NCBI GenBank assembly: GCA_003427395.1
Contig: BFEA01000014.1
Coordinates: 4,106,677-4,164,447, forward strand
Direction of reading: 5' to 3'
DNA: 57,771 nt
Source: Chara braunii
Lineage: Eukaryota; Plantae; Charophyceae
In this document: piece after piece, positions 48,467 through 57,771 of the stretch
How the letters are laid out: every line of letters begins with the position of its first letter
Position numbering within the stretch: position 1 is the first letter of the stretch
The notes under the pieces: model-generated
The model's input: only the letters and a program-made list of their open reading frames with translations
What the model was told of the DNA's origin: nothing
The model's database searches: none
Made by a program: the position numbers and the translations under genes

Positions 48467-51400
48467 ATGGATGTCATAGATGCGTTATATAACAAGGACA
48501 AACATTGGAAAAGTAGCAAAAGAACCACTGATCTGGATCTCCGCTCCTGGAACGTGAACAGACTAGTATCAGTGAAACATACCAAGCGAAGAGCGATCAT
48601 AGAGTAGTTAAGAGGGGTGGAGGGAAGAGATTGGCCCGATGTAATATGCTTACAAGAAACCCACTTGGCGGACACCCCGGAGCACAATCATATCCACAAA
48701 GAAATCTGGCCACATCAAGCGTTTCGGGCCCATGCCCGAAAGTTAGGCAGCGGAGGGGTGACCATTTGGCTCCCCCCGGGCTCCAGGGTGGAACCGCTTA
48801 ATTGGGAGGCGGACAAGGAAGAAGGGAGATGGGTGTACATCCTGGAGATATTGGAAATAGAAGTGGTGAGCATCCTTAGTGTCTATGGCCCGAATGATCC
48901 CAGGGAGCGGCAAATCTTTTACGAAAATCTTAAGACAAAATTGCCGGTTGGTATCCCGATAATAATGGCAGGCGATTTCAACGCGGCCCCGGATCGTTGG
49001 TTGGATAGATGGAAGATTCCTTCCCAGTGCCCCTTTTATGTGGAGAGTGATGGAAAAAATATCGCAGATCTGACCCAAACCCTCCACTTAGTGGATCCTT
49101 TTAGGCAGACATTCCCCACTAGGCGGGAGTTCACCTGCTTCCGTAAGAATCAGGCACAGAACACATATAAATCACGTATCGACTTAATACTTACCTCAGG
49201 GGAATTACAAGGGGCGCTGCAAATAGCGGAAATTTTTCCCCGCCGTCTTCATCCAGGGTTGGACCACGCAATGTGCCTCATCCTTCTCTCATTTCGAAAG
49301 AAGCCTGATCAAGGGAAGGGCTTTTATAAACTTAACACATCCTTGTTGGCCATAGATAGTTTTAAAATCTATCTGAAAGAAGTCTGGGCCTATTAGCGCC
49401 AGCAAAAGACATTAATTCAGGATGACATATTATGGTTCAACAACGGTTTGGCATTTCTGAGCCGCAAGTGTAATGAATACTCCAAACTACTCGCAGCTCA
49501 GCGGAATGCAGAAGAATTACATCTCCACCACAAACTACAGCAACTCCAACAGCAGGAAGAGAACACAAGCGATCCGGCGAGGTGAATTGAACTAACTGAT
49601 GAAATACAGACACTGGAAAACCGGATCCTGGCGCAAATGGAACACCGATGGCAAGGCATCAGGATCCGAGGTAAGCTCCACAAACACTACGTAGAAGCAA
49701 CTATGGACACAAGATTTTTTGCAATGGCCAAGGTCAAACTTGGGCGAACAACGATAGAAGCCCTGGAGGACCCGAAAGTCCACCAAGGCCCATTGTTGAC
49801 ATCCACAACGGCCTGCACAAAAATAGCCAGGGAGTTTTTTCAGGAGCTCTTTAAATCAGAGTGTGGGACCCGACCTGAGGCACAGAGAATGAAGGACATT
49901 GATGAGTTTTTGCTTCCCCTTACCAGAATGCTGATAGGCCAACAAAAAGAACTATTAGAACAACCCCTCACAAAAGGAGAAGTGTGGACAACACTTATGC
50001 TTATGGAAGAGGAGAAAACCCCTGGTATAGATGGCATACCAAAGGAATTTTGGGAGGTAATGTGGGAAGACATCTCACAGGATCTAATGAATTTTTATAA
50101 AGGGATGTCGGAGACCGGAACAACAGGCGAACTCATGGGGCAAGGAGTTCTAACACTCTTATACAAAAAAGGAGCAAAGGCAAACATAAGGAACTACAGG
50201 CCAATCACGCTCCTAACCGTGGTTTACAAGATGGTGGCCAAAGCATTGGCAAACCGGCTGATCAAAGTCATGGATGACATCATACATCCAAACCAGACAG
50301 GGTTCATTAGAAGTAGGAACATTCAGGAAAATATTCTCTTAGTTAACGAGATGATTAAGCTAACAAGACAATCTAAACAAAATGTCGCGATTATCTTCAT
50401 TGACTTTGAGAAGGCCTACGACTATGTAGACTAGATATTTCTAGATAAATGTCTGGAAAAACTCAATTTTGGACCCATCTTTAGACGATGGGTGCAGATC
50501 CTTTTGAGAAGGCCTACGACTATGTAGACTAGATACTGTCTCTTATACACATCTAGATGTGTATAAGAGACAGCTTGACAAGTGCCTGGAGAAACTTAAC
50601 TTTGGGAAGAACTTATGACGCTAGATTGGGATTCTCCATGTGAACGCAACAACTAGGGTCATGGTGAATGGCAACCTGGCACCACCAATCACCTTGCATA
50701 GATCGGTGAGACAGGGGGATCCGTTGACTCCATTCCTTTTTGTCATAATCATGGAAGCACTAGCAGCAAATCTAAGGACTCACAAGGATCTACAAAAAAT
50801 ACAGTTTTCTTCGATCCCAAAAGAAGCTATCCCGGTCTACTCCTTGTTGCTGACGACCTGACCCTCATGGTGGATGCGACCTACACATCGATGGAAGAAG
50901 TCCAGCATATGATGGACCATTTTTGTGCTTTGTCCAACATGAGAGTGAATTGGGGAAACAAAACTCTGGGATGGTGGATCCACCACCAGGGGGTGAGACC
51001 CCCAGAACAACCAATGGTGCGGTGGCTACCCCCGGAAGCCCCGATCAGGGTCCTGGGAATCTCCCTGACAGCCGATGGCAGACCAACAACAAACAACGAA
51101 TGGATAGTCAGACCTCCCCTGTAAAAGTTGGCACTATGGGAAGACAAACATACCTCACTGTTAGGAAGAACCTTAGTGATCAACGATGTGGTACTTGCCA
51201 CTCTCTGGTATAGGTCACCTATTTGGGGGCTCGACAAGGCCACCCTGCAGTCTCTCCAGCAGCAGATAGCGGCATTCTTGTGGCGTGGGGACCATGAGAA
51301 ACAGAATGTGATTAACAGAGTCGCATGGCAATCGATTACACAGCCCAAAGCAAAAGGGGGGTTGGGGATAATTGACCCCACCACACAAACCAAGTCACTG

Positions 51401-53200
51401 GTCATACAATGGCTTAAGCGCCTGCTTTTCTGCCCACAAATCCCTTGGAAAGAGCTAGCCTTGGAACAGATCTCAAGGCTAGCCCCGGAAGCACCGGCCC
51501 AAATCAACCCGATCACGTGGCTTGAAAACAGGGAATGGACAATCCCGCGACGACAGTCTCAACGCGAAAATCTCCCAGCTCACTCGCCAAAGCAAGAAGT
51601 AAGAAAGGACTTGCACAAGGACCCCTTCTGGCCAACCCTCTTACACACTTGGAGGAGCCTCCCCCTCCCAGACAAAACAGCACCTGAAACGGGAAGAAGT
51701 GGTCCGCCAACCGCTATTTGGAACCAAAGGATAACCAACCTAAGGGGCCAGGTGCTACATTGTATGGACTCCCCTTGGAAAGGATGGGTTAAGAAGGGAG
51801 TCCTGAGAATTGGGGACATCTGGGACGCAGACAGGAGGGATTGGATCACGGGGGAATGCCTCAAGGAAAAACTGAGATACTGCCATAAATCAGAACAGGC
51901 GATGGAAAGCTTAATAGAATGTGTCCCCCTAAACTGGTGGAAAATTTTGCGGAAAGGGCCCTCGCTACAAGAATCCGATTGGGTAGCAATTCGGGGATGT
52001 CAGGGGGAGGTGGGCAACGTGGTATGTTGTGACCCAAAGGGACCGGTGGTAGTGGACACATTCACAATCGGTAACGGGAATCTCCTCCAAAGAACCAGTC
52101 CAGAACGGATACAGGTCCTCGAAAAGGATGACCTCTCCATAATCCGGGTGCTGCGGGCGAAGGAAGGATGGGTGGCATTCTCTCCTGACACGCCGATATC
52201 TCTTCTTCCCCTGGACCCTCTCGAATGGGAATGGACAAGCGCAATCGGCAGAGGCAAAGCCAGCACCAAAACGTTGTATAGCCTCTCAGTCAAAGCAGCA
52301 TATAGACTGCTTCGCCCCGAAATCAATCTCAAGGACCAGGTGGAAGCAAGATGGATGAAAATTTTGAATATTAGCAATCATGCACTAATTAGTGTTAAAT
52401 GGTTCCAGCTAACAAAAACGAAACCGGCGAACCTCGCCTCCCTGCAATGGCAGCTGGAACATCGCTGCCTATCAACCAATGACTGGTTGATAGACAGGAC
52501 CACTCTTGAACAGAGAGGACTTGCGCTCCCCTGGTGCAAACTATGCTTGAGTGCATTCCCATCTAGAAAGAGACCTGAAACAAAAGAACACATTTTTCTG
52601 CAATGCCCTGGTGCGGTCTGGCTCTGGCGTTGGTGGGATAGGGTGTGGGATCAGTTAGGAACAGGGGCACCCTGGCCCTGGGATTGGAAGGCCGTGTTGT
52701 TCGAAAGATGGCCTTTTGAACAGCGAGACGATTTTACCCTCAACCTCTTTCAACTAGGACGGAGGGCAGTGCTGTGGGCGCTCTGGAGACTCCGCTGCAC
52801 ATATGAAATGGAGGAGGTGAGGCTGGACTATCCAAAATTTACGGAGAGCATACAACAGCAGATTCATACGAATATAAGAGCAAGATGGGAGGCAACCAAG
52901 TCACAGCTCCAACACATTCACACTGAGAACGAAATACAACAGAGGATACAAGATTTCTGCAAAATCTGGCTCGGGGGGGAAACTGGAGGGAGGATTGGGA
53001 AAGTGGAATGGACCGGGGGAAATGGGGGGCAACAGGGAAACGGGGGTAACCAGGCAATTAACAGGGACTACAAGCTGCTTTTCAACAACTGGACCAACCT
53101 GGATGATTCAATCCCGATGCGGCCAAGCAGCGATTTCCCGGACTTCTTCCCCCCCCCAGTAAACAGCCTGGTAGGAGTTTCTTGGTATGGGGGAGAGTAA
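48467..53200 (+). pseudogene. LINE B ORF2 (APE + RT + C-terminal Cys/His motif)
   Basis: ICLQETH, AGDFNA, SRIDLI, LDHA, TPGIDG, NYRPITLL, IDFEKAYD, RQGDPL, WCKLC...EHIFLQC. Confidence 0.93.
50536..50573. other. Nextera mate-pair junction adapter (two Tn5 mosaic ends); assembly artefact
   Basis: Exact CTGTCTCTTATACACATCT-AGATGTGTATAAGAGACAG. Confidence 0.98.
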
Positions 53201-53761
53201 AAGGAACAGGTCTCTCTCATACTGCGGTGTGAACTCACAGGTGCAGTCCATTGACGGTGACCAGGCGAATGGAGGTATATCTGTTTCTGGGCAGCAGAGG
53301 GTGATCAGGCAGACAGCTTTCAACTACCAATGCAACAGGCAGACAGTCTTCATCACTCAAACACGCCTTGACAAGCAGCAGCCATTCTGACCCTATTAGG
53401 AAGCATTAGCTTTCAGCAATAGTGCCTGCAAGACAATTTCTCCATCTCTCAGTTACTTTCTCAGTTAAAAAGATACAGTTCTAGGATAGTAGGGGGAGGG
53501 TGGAACGAATGTTTAGCAGCAGGTATATGGCGCCGGTTCTCCGGTGAAGAGGTTTCCCCCTCCCTACCTCCTGCTCAGACAACCCCCTGGATGCCAGGGC
53601 AATCAATGCTGGCAGGAATCTCTCATTATGGCCTTTAAATCTGTTTATGGGACGCTGGGCCCGTTTTCCAGCAGGTGATGCTCCCCACCAATAGATGGAG
53701 TCTCTCCCCGGGTGATAGCTCTTATCAGCAACACTATCACTGGCAGGGGAGAGTTTGTATT

Positions 53762-53787
<26 letters not shown>

Positions 53788-53792
<5 letters not shown>

Positions 53793-54470
53793 GTCCCTGA
53801 GGGCGTTATCATAGTCCCCGTTCCCTGTCTTCGCACTTTGGTCGGATCGCCCGCTTTCTCCACCTCGCCTCGTCAGGCGCGCATCACCAGCCGTGCCTCA
53901 CTCCTTCCACTTCAAAACGGCGCTCTCCAGGTGGCACCGCCACGTACTGTTCTGACCCTTCTCCCTGTTAGAATCGCTCTTAGATATGGCACCCTGTTTC
54001 GTCCCTGATGGCGTTATAGTAGTCTCCATTGCCTGTCTTCGCACTTTGGTCAGATCGCCCGCTTTCTCCGCCTCGACTCGTCAGGCGCGCATCGCCAGCC
54101 GTGCCTCACTCCTTTTCTGCTACGTGTCTTCGCACTTCGGTCGGATCGCCAGCTCTCTCCACCTCGACTCGTCAGGCGCGCTTCACCAGCGCCACGTACT
54201 GTTCTGACCCTTCTCCCTGTTGGAACCGCTCTTAGATACGGCACCCTGTTTCGTCCCTGATGGCGTTATCATAGTCTTCGTTGCCTGTCTTCGCACTTTG
54301 GTCGGATCGCCCGCTTTCTCCACCTCGACTCGTTAGGCGCGCATCGCCAGCCGTGCTTCACTCCTTTTCCGCCACGTGTCTTCGCACTTCGGTTGGATCG
54401 CCATCTCTCTCCACCTCGACTCGTCAGGCACGCTTCACCAGCCGTGCCTCACTCTGTTTCTGCCACGTGT
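53788..54470. repeat. Hierarchical tandem repeat (units of about 208-252 bp with 70-80 bp subunits); continues at 44630-44726
   Basis: gtttcgtccctga.ggcgttat at 53788, 53996 and 54248. The block ttccacttcaaaacggcgc..caccctgtttc lies both before LINE B and at about 53905-54000. Confidence 0.9.
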
Positions 54471-54865
54471 CGAAAACGCAGCTATGACACGAGTCCCATG
54501 TGGAACCCCCTGCCAGGTTCCCGTGCCCTGTCGGGGGTCGGACCGGTTGCCACGTCAGCCCGTGACGCGGCACGGCCCAGCGCTGTCAACCTCCCACGCG
54601 TACGCTAGGCGATCAATCAACCACCTCAATTGCCCCTTCAGATCAAATAGATTCAGTGTAGACACCATGCTCTGCCATCCCACCTTGGCGGTGCTACTTT
54701 GCAGAGCAAAGTCAGAAGAGGGCTTAGTACGTTGTGGTGGTCCCGCACAGCAGATTAGTGATTCACTGTGTTCAGGCATCCCATTGGGTTAAGAGCCTTG
54801 GCTACACCCTTCCACCCTGGAATTATAAGCTAATATTGAGCTGGGTAATACTGCTCCCAGAGTTC

Positions 54866-54973
54866 TCCAGAGATTTTGCCTATCCAATAGTAGAATCATG
54901 CAAATAGAGCGAATAGGGCTCCCATAGAAAGTACGTAATGAAAGTGTGCTACTACATAATAAGTGTCATGTAG
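54866..54973 (-). pseudogene. cox1: Mitochondrial-type cox1 fragment (NUMT), running into the gap
   Basis: [35 protein letters not shown], the heme-ligand HFH region, with a stop at a normally Gly codon. Confidence 0.9.
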
Positions 54974-55423
54974 NNNNNNNNNNNNNNNNNNNNNNNNNNN
55001 NNNNNNNNNNNNNNNNNNNNNNNNNNNNNNNNNNNNNNNNNNNNNNNNNNNNNNNNNNNNNNNNNNNNNNNNNNNNNNNNNNNNNNNNNNNNNNNNNNNN
55101 NNNNNNNNNNNNNNNNNNNNNNNNNNNNNNNNNNNNNNNNNNNNNNNNNNNNNNNNNNNNNNNNNNNNNNNNNNNNNNNNNNNNNNNNNNNNNNNNNNNN
55201 NNNNNNNNNNNNNNNNNNNNNNNNNNNNNNNNNNNNNNNNNNNNNNNNNNNNNNNNNNNNNNNNNNNNNNNNNNNNNNNNNNNNNNNNNNNNNNNNNNNN
55301 NNNNNNNNNNNNNNNNNNNNNNNNNNNNNNNNNNNNNNNNNNNNNNNNNNNNNNNNNNNNNNNNNNNNNNNNNNNNNNNNNNNNNNNNNNNNNNNNNNNT
55401 TTTTTTTTTTTTTTTTTTTTTTT

Positions 55424-57549
55424 CATCAACAACGCAGTTTTTGCCAAACTCTGGTATGAACACTCTTAGACTATCTGTGTATTGCAACCATCAGTATACA
55501 GACATATCACGAAAACAGCTGCAAACTATATTTGGAAGGAAAAAATAGCAGAACCTTCTTTTCTTTCTAAAGTAGCTTGGAACAAAGTCGTCCAAAAAAA
55601 AAACAAAGGAGGGTTGGCAGTGCTAGATCCGGATTTGCAAAATCGGGCTCTTCTCACCAAAAGGCCAGAGTTAGACTGCTCTTTGCTGACGAAACCGCTG
55701 CTTGGAAAACTTTAGCCGAGTGTCTGTTGGCTCTCGATTTTGGACTCATTTCCAGCCCAGCCCTTGTCTACTTGCCGCTGTTTACAACAGAAGAGTATCG
55801 TTGTCGCCCCTCTGGCAAGGGATACTTGGTGCCTGGAGGCCTATTCTTCCAAGTACTAGGAAAGCCCCTGTCCTTCAATATGATCGTCTGTTAACTCGAC
55901 CCATCTTCAATAACCCATGTATATTGAACTCGGATGGCGTCGCCTTCCCTGTACTTGGAACAGCCGCCTTCGGATGTGCTTGGATATCCCGAGGTGTGTC
56001 TACGCTGATGCACCTATGGGACAAACATACATGTACCTGGAAAGTTGGTGGCAGAATTGCACCGATTTATAGCTTGGATCAAGTAATGAACTTCAGTTAC
56101 AGCCTTTACTTCATTGATTACATGACTGGCGGGTGCGTTTATTACCTATTCAGCATGCTGTCCCGACCACCTGGACCTCGGTACTTGTGCACCAAACCTA
56201 CCTACCAGGGGCTTGGTTTCGAGACAACACAGAACAACCCGCTCATCACTTGTGAAACACTGACTGGGAACTGACAACATGGAAATTTGAAATTTCACAT
56301 TGGCCAAAAGGGGTTGGGAGCTGCCTTGCACTGCTTGCAGCGGTCCTCCGTCGCTTGTTCCATTTCGTCTGACCTTACCCATATGACCGCGGTGAGTGTT
56401 CTCGAGCATAATCAAGGTCAGATCACCTCCTTCTAATATCCCTACAGGATAGATACTGCAGCTAAGGATCTCGCTCTGGATCCCAGGGATTGGTACTGGA
56501 TTGACCCGTGCCACCCTGACCAGATGCTCTCTCTTAACCAACACTCAGCCCGCACGGCCTACGCAAAACTCCTGCCCAACATTGATGTTGATTGCGGTGT
56601 CATGACTAAATGGCTACGATTAGGGATTCAAGTTTCTCAAGACAAATTTACTGCTTCCTGGCGCATATTACCTACCTTAACAGTGGCAACGCATGCTGGT
56701 TTACGCTGGCAGATTATGCATAATGCTACTCCTACGGCTGCTTTTCTGTACCGTAGATGGAAACAAGGCAGCTCTCCTTTTTGCACAGTTTGCTCCACAG
56801 GACATTTGGTGGAAGACCAACAACACCTTAAAGTTTGGGTTACATGCAAATACGCTCGAGAAGTATGGACAACACTTAAAGATGCTGCTCTCCTCAGACT
56901 CCCTCATCATCACGGGGACCTCTCGTCCAAGGATGCCATTCTTCTTGGTACTGTGCTGTTGGACTTCACAAAACCACAAGCCTATGTATATGAAACTATC
57001 AGGGTAACTGTTACAGTGTTGTGGCACCTATGGGGGTGTCATGACTATGGCTGCATAGTAATGCTGTGGTCAGAAATGGCGAGCCTCCTTCGGTTCAGCA
57101 AGGGCTTCATCGTCTACAGAGGGACCTGAGGCACATTATCTGCTTGGATTGGGACAAAAAGTTTGACCAAACTCGAAATCTGCGCGCTGGGGTCAGGTGG
57201 TTCCACGGTCATTGGGCCTGCAACCCCTCCTTGGCATCCATTGGTGCCTGTACTGGGGATTTCCAGTTAGGTTCTTTCCTACAGTAGACCAATTTCTTGT
57301 CTATTTTCTTATTCTTTTTTTTTTTTTTTCTGATTCCCTTCTTTTTCTGAATTTCCTCCTAATATATTCCCTATGGTTGCTTGCTAACATTTGGTTTTTC
57401 CCTGTTTTTTTGCGCATATGATCTGTCACAGGGGAGGGGCTCAACCTCATGAAGGAGGTTGGAGACCTTACTCTCCCCTGAATCTGGAACTAGTACCATT
57501 GTATTTTCGGCCTTGGGCACTGGGCCCAGTTTTTCTTTAATAAAAAAAA
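55424..57549 (+). mobile_element. 3' portion of a more divergent L1-clade LINE (ORF2 post-RT and zf-RVT-like region)
   Basis: INNAVFAKLWY, KVAWNKVVQKKNKGGLAVLD, RPIFNNPCI, WQIMHNATPT...FCTVC...EDQQH; AATAAA/A-run at about 57539-57549. Confidence 0.85.
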
Positions 57550-57771
57550 GGGGATGGATTCTTAAAAAAACGAATGTTCCCAGTGTTCCAATTCCATTAA
57601 AAAAAAAAAAAAAAAAGGAAAATAGTAGTTCAAAATACAGAGTCTGAACTACTAAGGTTAGAATCCTTATGACCTAGATAAATGAAATGATTTTTTTTTT
57701 TGTTTTTCTGGTTGAAAAGAATAAATTAATTCTGAATTACCTGAGCTGGCCACTTCGGTTATCATGTCTCC

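Larger units (their letters stand above)
44727..53787 (+). mobile_element. L1-clade LINE copy B, truncated at about the ORF1 start
   Basis: TSD GTTTC (44722-44726, 53788-53792) and poly(A) at 53762-53787. It begins at ..LLFFQGAMRH, homologous to the copy A N-terminus LIFYQGAMRH. Confidence 0.93.

Noticed and set aside
50536-50573. Natural Tn5/IS50 insertion or horizontal transfer
   Set aside because: It is the synthetic mosaic-end pair of the Nextera junction adapter.
55400-55423. Poly(A) tail of a retroposed cox1 mRNA
   Set aside because: It lies on the 5' side of the minus-strand cox1 fragment and across a gap.

Overview
Eukaryotic, transposon-dominated scaffold segment with four N gaps and no recognisable intact host gene. 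A plastid 23S rRNA fragment, a cox1 fragment, a tRNA-iMet-primed chromodomain Ty3/Gypsy element and a permuted Penelope-like element point to a green-lineage nuclear genome; a charophyte such as Chara is plausible but is inference only. From left to right: (1) a decayed ORF of unknown family (about 1.0-2.6 kb) with related pieces at 7.2 and 8.0 kb; (2) a hAT-type MITE nested in reverse orientation inside a copy of itself (4330-5800) and a compound microsatellite array; (3) a PIF/Harbinger-type MITE (17294-18200); (4) a minus-strand Penelope-like retroelement with a CCHC-knuckle/coiled-coil/SAP-like ORF1, then a single in-frame TGA, then an ORF2 with N-terminal GIY-YIG followed by RT (Naiad/Chlamys-type order); (5) a near full-length minus-strand L1-clade LINE (about 25.46-43.69 kb) split by a complete Gypsy element (26483-36234, TSD TTGAT), whose gag is split by a 523-bp TIR element; (6) a (TA)n island holding a hammerhead-ribozyme core and a plastid 23S rRNA fragment; (7) a second LINE of the same family, head-to-head with the first (44727-53787, TSD GTTTC), inserted in a tandem repeat and containing a Nextera junction-adapter artefact; (8) a cox1 fragment and a third, more distant LINE 3' portion. 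All calls are by eye; no searches were run.
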